A DNA stretch of 26,810 bases. It comes from Candidatus Micrarchaeota archaeon. GTDB lineage: Archaea > Micrarchaeota > Micrarchaeia > Norongarragalinales > SBBD01. The notes below the pieces were generated by a model. The model saw only the letters and a program-made list of their open reading frames with translations, was not told where the DNA came from and made no database searches. The translations under genes were made by a program, and so were the position numbers. The DNA lies in assembly GCA_043813365.1 (NCBI GenBank), contig JBDRLB010000022.1:1-26810 (forward strand), read 5' to 3'. Below, piece by piece: positions 16,772 to 25,474 of the stretch (positions are counted from its first letter, which is position 1; every line of letters starts with the position of its first letter).

Positions 16772-18238
16772 ATGGAGGAAAAAATGAATAAAATCCGGGA
16801 GAAATTCGGGGACGTCAAGCTCATTGTCGCTTCCAGCAGCGAACCCTATGTTCATTATTACGAGGAGGATGAGATCAAATGGCGCAAGGGCACCGGCGGG
16901 GTCATTACGGCCCTTGATCCGATCATGAGGCTTACGAATGGCGTTTGGATTGCGAACAGCACCGGGAGCGCGGATAGGGCAACAAGTGACAAGGATGGCA
17001 AGCTAAGGATTCCGCCCTCGGAGGAAAGCTATACGCTTAAGCGCATTTTCCTTTCGAAGAAGGAGCAGGACGGGTTCCTGAGCGGGGCAGCAAACGGCGC
17101 ACTCTGGCCGCTGTCCCACGTGGTGTACGTGAGGCCCAAGTTCATTGACGAGCAGTGGGAGGTTTTCAGGCAGGTGAACAAGAAATTTGCCGAGGCAATT
17201 GCCGTGGAGGCCCGCGATAGCGGGTCGGTTGTGTGGATCAACGACTACCATCTGGTGCTTTGCGCAAAATACCTCAAGGAAATAAACCCGGAAATACCAA
17301 CCGCCTTTTTCTGGCACATACCATGGCCAAACCCCCAGGTTTTCAAGATATGCCCCTGGGATGAGGAGATACTGGATGCCATGCTTGCAAACGACCTCCT
17401 CGGCTTCCACACTCGGTATTTTTCAAACAACTTCCAGGATTCAGTCGACCAAACATTGGAGGCGCGCGTCGACCGGCCGGTTTCCTCCATCCATTATAAG
17501 AACCGTGAAATTGCAGTGAGAACCGCGCCCATAAGCGTGGATTATGAGGGCATCCGCAAAAGGTCCGAGGGGCTGAATGATGCCGTGATCAAGAAGATGC
17601 GGAAAAAATACGGCCTCAATAAGGGGGCGGTCATTGCAGGGGTCGACAGGCTCGACTATACCAAGGGCCTGCCTGAAAAAGTGAAGGCGATTGATAGGTT
17701 CCTGAAGCAGCATCCAGAAAGCATTGAGCAGCTGACCTTCATCCAGATAGCATCGCCTACCCGCATCCACCTGGATGAATACAAGAACGTGACGGAGGAG
17801 CTTGAGGCCATGGTCGAGGAGATCAACTGGAAATATTCCACTGACAGCTGGAGGCCATTCGTCCTGGATATCAAGTACGCATCCGACGATGAAATACAGG
17901 CATTGTACAAGATTTCCGAAATATGCGTCGTGAGCTCCCTCCATGACGGGATGAACCTCGTTGCCAAGGAATACGTCTCTTCCAAGGTGGACGGGAACGG
18001 GGTGCTGATATTGAGCAAGTTTGCCGGCTCATCCCTGGAATTGAAGGAGGCATTGCTTGTAAACCCGTATTCGGTTTCCGAATTGTCCTCTGCCATCGAC
18101 ACTGCGCTCAAGATGCCATTGGATGAAAGGCAGGCACGCATGAAAAAAATGCAATTGGAAGTCAGCGAGAACAACGTGTTTGACTGGAGTGCGTCATTCC
18201 TTGAGAAGGCCGTAAAGCTGGGAGGGAACGTCGCATGA
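16772..18238 (+). CDS. otsA: Trehalose-6-phosphate synthase (GT20)
   Basis: GGVITAL, LWPLSH, WINDYHL, FFWHIPWP, DLLGFH, GVDRLDYTKG, DGMNLVAKEY, LILSKFAG, LLVNPY. Start is ATG 16772 or 16784 (GGAGG precedes the latter). Confidence 0.92.
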   Translation: MEEKMNKIREKFGDVKLIVASSSEPYVHYYEEDEIKWRKGTGGVITALDPIMRLTNGVWIANSTGSADRATSDKDGKLRIPPSEESYTLKRIFLSKKEQDGFLSGAANGALWPLSHVVYVRPKFIDEQWEVFRQVNKKFAEAIAVEARDSGSVVWINDYHLVLCAKYLKEINPEIPTAFFWHIPWPNPQVFKICPWDEEILDAMLANDLLGFHTRYFSNNFQDSVDQTLEARVDRPVSSIHYKNREIAVRTAPISVDYEGIRKRSEGLNDAVIKKMRKKYGLNKGAVIAGVDRLDYTKGLPEKVKAIDRFLKQHPESIEQLTFIQIASPTRIHLDEYKNVTEELEAMVEEINWKYSTDSWRPFVLDIKYASDDEIQALYKISEICVVSSLHDGMNLVAKEYVSSKVDGNGVLILSKFAGSSLELKEALLVNPYSVSELSSAIDTALKMPLDERQARMKKMQLEVSENNVFDWSASFLEKAVKLGGNVA

Positions 18239-19005
18239 GCAACTTATTGCGGGAGCTACCGCACCGGTTGCAGGGAAAGGAAGCCGTGCTGGCATTTGAT
18301 TACGACGGCACCCTCTCGGAGTTTGCCGATGATCTGCAGGATGCGACCGTCTCACATGGAATGCAGCGCGCGCTGCTGCAGCTGGAAACCGTCGCCAAAA
18401 TAATCATCGTAAGCTCCCGGAACGCTTCCTTCCTGAAGGAGAGGCTAAAATTCCTGCGAAGCGCGCAAATTTACGGTCTGCACGGGCTCGAGTCGCCCCA
18501 AAGGACAAAATCCCCCCTTCCCCATGCGGAATTGACTTCCATGGTTTCGCTCAAACGCCGAATCACTGCCATCATCGAAAAAGAGCGGCATGCATGGATC
18601 GAGGGCAAGCCTGCAGGCTTTTGCGTCCATTTCAGGGGTGCGAAAGAAATGGCATACAAAAAACTTTCTGCCCTGGCGAGGAAAGCTGCATTGGATGCCG
18701 GCTTCAGGGCATATGGGGGCAATTGGGCGCTGGAGGTGCTTTCAAAAAGAAGCCCCACAAAAGCCAGCACCCTTCAGAGGATCGCCCGTTCCATGGGCCG
18801 CAATGGCGTGCTTTTTTATTTCGGCGACGATGACGCGGACGAGGAGGCGTTTGCAAAGTTGGGGCGCTTCAAGTGCACCATAACCGTCGCCATTGGCAGG
18901 AAAAATACGGCCGCCAACTACTCCCTGAAGGATATTAAAGAGCTGGTGCGTGTCATTAATATAATTACGAAAAAAATCAAAGAAAAAAATACTGCTGCAA
19001 GGTGA
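18235..19005 (+). CDS. otsB: Trehalose-6-phosphate phosphatase (HAD IIB)
   Basis: FDYDGTL, VSSR, YGLHGLE, EGK...VHFR and FGDDDADEEAF. ATGA overlap with otsA. Confidence 0.88.
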   Translation: MSNLLRELPHRLQGKEAVLAFDYDGTLSEFADDLQDATVSHGMQRALLQLETVAKIIIVSSRNASFLKERLKFLRSAQIYGLHGLESPQRTKSPLPHAELTSMVSLKRRITAIIEKERHAWIEGKPAGFCVHFRGAKEMAYKKLSALARKAALDAGFRAYGGNWALEVLSKRSPTKASTLQRIARSMGRNGVLFYFGDDDADEEAFAKLGRFKCTITVAIGRKNTAANYSLKDIKELVRVINIITKKIKEKNTAAR

Positions 19006-19009
19006 CCTG

Positions 19010-20383
19010 ATGGGCCAACTGGAAAAATACGCGCAATTTGTTGGCAACGATTACATCGAGCTGATCCGCGAGGAGGCAGCAGATCTCGAGGGGAAGTCAT
19101 TTGCGCACGTCAACTCCACCTTCTATGGCGGCGGAGTTGCGGAAATGCTGAATTCCTACATACCTTTGCTGAATGAAGCCGGTGTTTCAATGGAGTGGCG
19201 GCTTTTGAAGGGAAGCAGGGATTATTTCATGGTCACAAAAAAGCTCCATAACGCGCTGCAGGGCAAAAAAGAGCTTCTTACCGAGGACGAGATCGAATTG
19301 TATGAGAAAACCGTCGAGACGAATTCGAAATTTTCCAACCTGAACTGGCATGATTGCATCGTCATCGACGACCCCCAGCCCCTTCCCCTGATAAACCATT
19401 ACCCGAGGACAGCCCCGGCATTCTGGAAGCCGCTTCCCCTTCTATTGGAGCTTGAAACATACCAGAAAAGGCAGCCCTGGGTCTGGAGGGTCCATATAGA
19501 TTTAAGCACCCCCCAAATGGAAACGTTTGATTATTTGCATCGGTATATATCAAAATACGATGCCGTGATAATTTCCCATAAGGAATACGGGAAGAAGCTG
19601 AAAAAGCCCAAATACGTGATTCCGCCTGCAATTGACCCCCTTTCCGAAAAGAACCGGCCCATGAAAACTTATGAGATCGACCGCATTTTGGAGCAGAATG
19701 GCGTTGACCTGAAAATCCCGATCATCGCGCAGATCTCAAGGTTCGACCCCTGGAAGGATCCCCTTGGCGTGATAAAAGCTTTCAATAAGGTTAGGAAGAA
19801 GCACAAGTGCCAGCTCGTCCTACTGGGAAGCCATGCATCCGATGACCCGGAAAGCGAGAAGGTCTTTTCCGAGGTATTCCGGATCGCGGAAAAGAAGAAT
19901 AATATCACGCTCATAAGCCTCCAGAGCGACATCCTCGTGAACGCCCTGCAAAGGGAAGCTGCCGTTATAGTGCAAAAATCCCTGAGGGAAGGGTTCGGCC
20001 TGACAGTTAGCGAGGCGCTCTGGAAAGGCACCCCAGTTGTTGCTTCCAATGTCGGCGGCATACCTCTCCAGATAGATGATGGGAAGAACGGCTTCCTTGT
20101 GGATAGCGTGGCTGAATGCGCGGACAGGATCGATTATCTTCTGAAGAACCCGCAAAGGGCCAAGGAGCTGGGAAGCAACGGGTACGAAAAGGTGCGCCAA
20201 AATTTCCTCATACCGAGGCTTGCGCTGGACGAAATAAACGTCCTTAATGAAATGACAAAAGCGGGCAGGACCATAAAGCCGCCGAGGGCAATAGGCGAGC
20301 TGTTCAGGCTGATCAAGACGGTGCCCGGCTTCTTCAAGAAGAGCCTCAAGCTCATCTCCAAGAACGGCTTGATTGAGAGCTGA
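19010..20383 (+). CDS. treT: Glycosyl-transferring trehalose synthase TreT (GT4)
   Basis: HVNSTFYGGGVAEML, VTKKLHNALQG, DPQP, WVWRVHIDLS, PAIDPLSEKN, QISRFDPWKDPLGVI, NALQR and QKSLREGFGLTVSEALWKG. Confidence 0.88.
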   Translation: MGQLEKYAQFVGNDYIELIREEAADLEGKSFAHVNSTFYGGGVAEMLNSYIPLLNEAGVSMEWRLLKGSRDYFMVTKKLHNALQGKKELLTEDEIELYEKTVETNSKFSNLNWHDCIVIDDPQPLPLINHYPRTAPAFWKPLPLLLELETYQKRQPWVWRVHIDLSTPQMETFDYLHRYISKYDAVIISHKEYGKKLKKPKYVIPPAIDPLSEKNRPMKTYEIDRILEQNGVDLKIPIIAQISRFDPWKDPLGVIKAFNKVRKKHKCQLVLLGSHASDDPESEKVFSEVFRIAEKKNNITLISLQSDILVNALQREAAVIVQKSLREGFGLTVSEALWKGTPVVASNVGGIPLQIDDGKNGFLVDSVAECADRIDYLLKNPQRAKELGSNGYEKVRQNFLIPRLALDEINVLNEMTKAGRTIKPPRAIGELFRLIKTVPGFFKKSLKLISKNGLIES

Positions 20384-20461
20384 TTCATGATGCTGCGGGG
20401 TTCCGGAGGGAAATGAATAATAACCGGAATGCCAATAACAATATTTGCAAAAGCTGATCAT

Positions 20462-20716
20462 ATGGACATCAAGGAAATAACGCTGGAAATACTGAAGCCG
20501 TCGGACTTCCAGGCGATCGACCTCATGTCTGCACTCGAGAGGGTGAAGGGGGTAAGGAAGATAGAGATATCGCTGGTTGATTTTGAGCGCCATACGGACA
20601 CTCTGAAGCTGGGCATTTCGGGCGATTCGCTCGATTTTGCAAAGATCGAGGAGGTTGTTTCAAAGGCAGGCGGGGTCATCCAGGCGATACAGCATATAGT
20701 GGGAGAGAATGTCTAA
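20462..20716 (+). CDS. DUF211 family protein
   Basis: IKEITLEILKP...VKGVRKIEISLVDFERHTDTLKLGISGDSLDF..IEEVV...GGVIQAI matches the archaeal DUF211 pattern. Alternative start at 20429. Confidence 0.8.
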   Translation: MDIKEITLEILKPSDFQAIDLMSALERVKGVRKIEISLVDFERHTDTLKLGISGDSLDFAKIEEVVSKAGGVIQAIQHIVGENV

Positions 20717-21263
20717 ATTGCTGAAGCGCATATTTTCCTATTCCCGTTATTTGACCCTTGGGCTAATGGATGCGGGGCTTACCTCCCTCAGCGTTCTCTG
20801 TGCAACCTACCTATCGGGGATTTCAAATGGCTGGGAGGTGCTCAGGTTCGCGCTCAGCGTCGGAGTGGGCCTTGCAGCTGCAAATTTTTCCGGCGCCTAC
20901 CTCGCAGAGGAGGCCGAGGCCGCCAAGGAAATTACTCGCATCGAAAACGCCATGGGGCTGAAAAAAGGGGGCCTGCGCTCAACATCGATGGAAGAGAAAC
21001 TGAAAGCGAAGGGAATGGACCGCGCACTCATCAACAGCCTGTCCGCATTCATAGGCATCGCAATTGCTACTGTCCCAATGGCCTTCATCAGGTATCCCGA
21101 ATCCTACTACTATGGTTTTTCCGCAGCCATGGTGCAGATCATCCTATTGGGCTTTTACCTGGGGAAGCTTGCTAAGAGGAATGTCACAGGCAGCATACTG
21201 AAGGTTGTCGCGGTTTCGCTTGGCGTGATAATCATCAACCTCCTGTTTTCCCAATTCGGATAG
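20709..21263 (+). CDS. VIT1/CCC1-family membrane protein (TIGR00267-like)
   Basis: RYLTLGLMDAGLT, ANFSGAYLAEEAE and RIENAM motifs; about 5 TM. Overlaps DUF211, its usual archaeal neighbour. Confidence 0.8.
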   Translation: MSKLLKRIFSYSRYLTLGLMDAGLTSLSVLCATYLSGISNGWEVLRFALSVGVGLAAANFSGAYLAEEAEAAKEITRIENAMGLKKGGLRSTSMEEKLKAKGMDRALINSLSAFIGIAIATVPMAFIRYPESYYYGFSAAMVQIILLGFYLGKLAKRNVTGSILKVVAVSLGVIIINLLFSQFG

Positions 21264-21292
21264 CGGCTACTGATGCGGTGCCGGATCCTCGC

Positions 21293-22615
21293 CTATGGCG
21301 CATCCAATATGACGTAACTGTGCATCAATTCGGCAATATCATCCTCAAATCTGTTTGCGAATTCCAGCGCGATTTCTGCCGCCTTCTTCTGGTTCAATTT
21401 GTATCCTACCGTCGGGATTCCCATGCCGGAAAGCTCAATGATCCTATCCGAAGTCGTCTTTCCCGATTCCAGCATTCCCCTGATCCTGTTCACCGCCAAA
21501 TCCGCTTTGATATCCAGGTATTTCACCGCAAATTTGTGCAGCCTCGTGACGTAATTTTTTACCTGGGGGCTTGCAAGGCCATGCACTGCGGATTTCCTGA
21601 TCAGGTTTTCCACTTCCCTGTATGGGGGAATATGCAATTTCCCACCCTCCACTTTGAATGGCATCTGCGCCCCCAATTCAGAGGGAACGACGTCCAGGTT
21701 GTCGGTTTCAATCCCGAGCAACCCGCGTTTTATCAAGGTGCTTGTCCCGAGCATTATTGATGGCAGGTTCATGTCCATTCCCCTTAGCTCGAATGTCCCC
21801 ACCTTGTTGATCCTCAATGGCCCCCAATAGAATCTCAGCGGATGCGCCTTCCTGATCGAAGCCGTCAATTTCATGTTCTTATGCTCCAGCAGGTCGAGCC
21901 ATCTGCGCTTCCTCAATTTTATGAGGTATGATATGTCCGCCGAAGTATGCTCGTATTGGGGAAGCTCGCCGAAAAGAGGATTGGAATAATAGATGCCCCT
22001 TGTCCTGCATTCCTTTATTTCCATATTCCGGTAAACCGCCACCCTGCTGTCCTTGCAAAGGTATGTGCCCTGGTAAAAAGGGGAGGATTGCATCAGCGTG
22101 ATTGCCGCAGGGTCTATTGCAATCAAAAAATTATACTGATCCACAAGCAATTTTTCGGCCTTTCCGCGTTTCTGCGGCCTCAGGTCATCCTTTGCCGAAT
22201 CATATATCCCTTTTGGGAGCGATGCATGGAAATGGAAGCCGGTGACGCAGCCCGCATTCTCCAGCGCCTCCTTCCCCAATACCATCTCCTGCATCTTGTA
22301 CCATGGCTTTTTGCGCATGACCGGTTTCACCGCGCCCGGATATGCCGCCAGGGGCAGCAGGCGAAGGTCGATTTTTTTTGCTTCATCAGAGAGGATTGAA
22401 AGGGTTTTCAGGAATCCCTTAGCGGATTGCCTTACGGTAGGCTTGGGATGCGCCCCAACCTCTATCATGAATTTTGAAACTTCCGGCCTTACGTGGTAGT
22501 CGATCCGCTTTCCCCTGATGCGCTCCAGCAATGAATCCGCGGAATTAGTGATCTGCCCGGCTTCGTCGATTAAAAGGAATTCCACTTCCAATCCGTATGT
22601 GCTTTTCTTCCTCAT
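21293..22615 (-). CDS. Glutamate--cysteine ligase family 2 (GCS2/YbdK-like carboxylate-amine ligase)
   Basis: YGLEVEFLLID, PEVSKFMIEV, GFHFH, SSPF, DSR, YWGPLR and GTFELRGMD. Confidence 0.85.
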   Translation of the reverse strand: MRKKSTYGLEVEFLLIDEAGQITNSADSLLERIRGKRIDYHVRPEVSKFMIEVGAHPKPTVRQSAKGFLKTLSILSDEAKKIDLRLLPLAAYPGAVKPVMRKKPWYKMQEMVLGKEALENAGCVTGFHFHASLPKGIYDSAKDDLRPQKRGKAEKLLVDQYNFLIAIDPAAITLMQSSPFYQGTYLCKDSRVAVYRNMEIKECRTRGIYYSNPLFGELPQYEHTSADISYLIKLRKRRWLDLLEHKNMKLTASIRKAHPLRFYWGPLRINKVGTFELRGMDMNLPSIMLGTSTLIKRGLLGIETDNLDVVPSELGAQMPFKVEGGKLHIPPYREVENLIRKSAVHGLASPQVKNYVTRLHKFAVKYLDIKADLAVNRIRGMLESGKTTSDRIIELSGMGIPTVGYKLNQKKAAEIALEFANRFEDDIAELMHSYVILDAP

Positions 22616-22697
22616 TTTCGCCCGTAAAAATATTGCATCCCCCCGTATTAATAGTTGTTGTTATTGCCCCGATTCGGGCCGCCATTGCGTTCTCCGA

Positions 22698-24080
22698 TCA
22701 ATAGCCGTACCTGTTGATCAGCGAAAGGTAAATCTGCGCCAGATCAACCAGGCTGCGCATTGTCACGAATTCCTTCGGCGCATGCTCGTTCCCCCCTTCA
22801 GTGCCCATTTCTATAACGGGGATTCCGTAGGCTGCGAACATGTGCGAATCGGATTGCCCGAGGTTTTCCCTTTTCCTCCTTATGGGGTGCCCGAGCACGC
22901 GCTCGGCCAATCTGGCAATCTCATACGGCCATTTCCCATCGGAATACAGGCTATTCCTAAAAGCTATCAGGGAAACGTCCTTTGCCGGAATGCCTGCGCG
23001 CCCTGCAATTTTTATCATTTGCGAGCAGATGTAATCCCGATTGTCATTCATTATTCGGATATCTATGTACAATTTGGCGCGGTTTTTGGAAAAGGAAAGC
23101 CTGTTGCATGAGATTGAAATCCCGTACTCGGAGGGTTTGGATTTGATTTCCGTCCTCGTCAGGAAAAAGGAGAATTTCATGAACGAGTTGAGCCAATCCG
23201 GGCTCACTTTCCTCTTGTCCAGGTACCCGATGGCCAATGCAGGAACGACATTCGTTGGTGAGGGCAGGAATTTCCCGTTTTCATACGAGCCCGCTTCCAC
23301 GTGGTAAAGGCCTTTCAATTCATTCGCCTGGTTTGCATGCGCAATGTCGAAAACCGGATGCCTCAATTCGCCCCTCTTGTACCTATGGATGCTGAATAGG
23401 CCGGAATGCATTGATTTTCCCCTAAAATGAATTTTTTTTGGGCCATCATGGACGGGTTCCCTGTAAGGTAGGCTTAACCGGAAAATGTACCTGCCGCGAC
23501 GCCTTGTTGTTGCATCAAGGTCCGTTGCTTCGCCGACCAGCACTTTGGTCCGCTCCGGCTTTATGAATCCCTCCTTAACGAGTTTGTTCAGGCAATTCCG
23601 GGTCCCCAGAAGCCCGCCTGTTTCCTCGTCGGGCACGAGCATTATCACGATCCTCCTATTCATCGACCTCTCCTCCACAAATTTGAGCGAGGACACGCGG
23701 ATCGCAGCCAGCATCGCCGATATGCTTCCTTTCATGTCGTTTGTCCCTTTCCCTACATAACAGCTCCTTCCAAGGATTTTTTTCTTCCTTATGAAGAAAT
23801 GGTTCCATTTCGCCGAATCCTTGACGACATCGTAATGCCCGTTGTAAACGAACGTTTCCCCATCGGGATTTCCCTTGAAGCCGATCACGCTCATTCTCCC
23901 GTTCTTACGGATGACCTTCGTGTTGAAGCCGCTTTCCTTGAGCTCCTTGATCAGGAATTTAGCGCATTTCCCGTGCTCGGACAAATCCCTATCGGTATCC
24001 AACGAGGTCCTGAACCCCACGAGCCGGTCGAGATACTCCGTTGTAATGGCTAAAAGCTCATCCTCAAACATCAGAATCAA
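22698..24080 (-). CDS. M20 family metallopeptidase/deacylase (ArgE/DapE-like)
   Basis: YNGHYDVV, GKGTNDMKG, VPDEETGG, VGEAT, GQSD and NEHAPKE. TTG 24080 follows GGAGGG; alternative ATG at 24071. Confidence 0.88.
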   Translation of the reverse strand: MILMFEDELLAITTEYLDRLVGFRTSLDTDRDLSEHGKCAKFLIKELKESGFNTKVIRKNGRMSVIGFKGNPDGETFVYNGHYDVVKDSAKWNHFFIRKKKILGRSCYVGKGTNDMKGSISAMLAAIRVSSLKFVEERSMNRRIVIMLVPDEETGGLLGTRNCLNKLVKEGFIKPERTKVLVGEATDLDATTRRRGRYIFRLSLPYREPVHDGPKKIHFRGKSMHSGLFSIHRYKRGELRHPVFDIAHANQANELKGLYHVEAGSYENGKFLPSPTNVVPALAIGYLDKRKVSPDWLNSFMKFSFFLTRTEIKSKPSEYGISISCNRLSFSKNRAKLYIDIRIMNDNRDYICSQMIKIAGRAGIPAKDVSLIAFRNSLYSDGKWPYEIARLAERVLGHPIRRKRENLGQSDSHMFAAYGIPVIEMGTEGGNEHAPKEFVTMRSLVDLAQIYLSLINRYGY

Positions 24081-24179
24081 CTATTTTTATCCCTCCTGTT
24101 TTAAATTGGTTTTGATGGCCATTTCATTCCGCCGGGTTCCTTTAAAGCAAAAAATTAATAACCGGCCATGCCCTGATCT

Positions 24180-25394
24180 ATGAAGATTCCTATGCTCGAG
24201 GATGTGCTGCTCGTCATTAGCATCACCTACATCGTTTCCCTTACTCTTGGGTTCCTGATGGAAAAATACCTGAAGATCCCCTGGATGTTCATTGCAATAT
24301 TCCTGGGAATCGCATTCTCCTCGCTCGGATATTTTACCATTGCCATACAAAGCGATGCATTCCAAGTCCTAAGCACATTGGGCATGCTCATCATGCTTTT
24401 CCTCATTGGTTTCAACATTGAACTCGGCAAAATGAGGAAATTGGGCAAGCAGATCGTAACGGGCACTTTTGCGATCATCTTCTTCGAGGGCATTTCCATG
24501 ACCCTCCTGCTTTACCTCGGATTTCCAGAAATGGTTGATAACTCCCTCCTCATTGCCTTCATTGTTGCCCTCTCATTCGCAACCGTTGGCGAAGCGATAT
24601 TGCTTCCCATCCTTCGGGAATTCAATGTCATCAATACGAAATTCGGCCAGCTTACATTGGGGATTGGGACGTTGGACGACATAATTGAGCTCTTCACGCT
24701 CACCTTGGTGGGGCTCGTCCTTGCCGTCGGCGCCATCTCCCCTTCGGGGAAGGCATTCCCTTCGCCAGGGCCATTGATATTCGCCTTGGCGGTCCTATTG
24801 GCGGCGACTTTTATTCTCCTGAAATTCAGGTCAAGCATCGCCGCCCTCCTCGGCAGGACATTCGGGAATCACCACTTCCAATACCTGATAATATTGACCT
24901 TATTCTTCACCTTCATTACCTTCGGGGGGTTTTATTACGAGGGGCTGATGCCGATTGCGGCAATATTGTCGGGGATTGCCGCCAGGGAATTGTTCCCCAA
25001 AAAGATAACCAATGAGTATGGCCATATAATTGATTTTCTGGGCTATATGTTCCTCGCGCCATTATTCTTCCTGAGCATCGGAGCGGAGGTATCAATAGAT
25101 TCCATATTGATTTTCCCGATCCTTCTTTTCTCCATCTGGGGCGTTGCGGCTGCAGCCAAGCTCATCGCCTCATATTTCCTCTTCAAAAAGACCCTCGGTA
25201 AAAAATTCTCCCTCCTGATGGGGCTCGGCCTGAGCGTCAGGTTCAGCACCAGCCTTGTCGTGCAGTTCATACTTTTCTCAAACGGGCTGATCTCACAATC
25301 GCTATACTCCACCCTAATAGCCACGGCCATACTCATGAAGCCGTTCATCATTTACCTCTATTCGCGGGGCCTTGGCTCCGAACGTCCTCCGTAA
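24180..25394 (+). CDS. Cation:proton antiporter (CPA2-like)
   Basis: LGMLIMLFLIG, FATVGEAILLPILRE, GTLDDIIE, PLFFLSIG, AAKL and GLSVRFS; 12-13 TM. Confidence 0.88.
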   Translation: MKIPMLEDVLLVISITYIVSLTLGFLMEKYLKIPWMFIAIFLGIAFSSLGYFTIAIQSDAFQVLSTLGMLIMLFLIGFNIELGKMRKLGKQIVTGTFAIIFFEGISMTLLLYLGFPEMVDNSLLIAFIVALSFATVGEAILLPILREFNVINTKFGQLTLGIGTLDDIIELFTLTLVGLVLAVGAISPSGKAFPSPGPLIFALAVLLAATFILLKFRSSIAALLGRTFGNHHFQYLIILTLFFTFITFGGFYYEGLMPIAAILSGIAARELFPKKITNEYGHIIDFLGYMFLAPLFFLSIGAEVSIDSILIFPILLFSIWGVAAAAKLIASYFLFKKTLGKKFSLLMGLGLSVRFSTSLVVQFILFSNGLISQSLYSTLIATAILMKPFIIYLYSRGLGSERPP

Positions 25395-25432
25395 AACTGC
25401 TTTACCGGCGCTTTTTTCATAAGCTAATGACA

Positions 25433-25446
25433 ACGCCTTGGCCGAG
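25433..25446 (+). repeat. 14-bp direct repeat, left copy (ACGCCTTGGCCGAG)
   Basis: Identical to 26656-26669. The two copies lie in the intergenic flanks of the Fic gene. Confidence 0.7.
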
Positions 25447-25474
25447 GTCATGTAATACTTGAATTATGGGGGCG

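Noticed and set aside
20384..20460. Possible C/D box sRNA (ATGATGC ... CTGA) between treT and DUF211
   Set aside because: Box C is mismatched, there is no clear D'/C' pair, and the region overlaps a possible DUF211 start.
25395..25440. GCTAATGAC resembling the 3' part of a fluoride riboswitch
   Set aside because: The 5' GGnGATGGnGTTCnCC element is absent, and no sense gene lies downstream.
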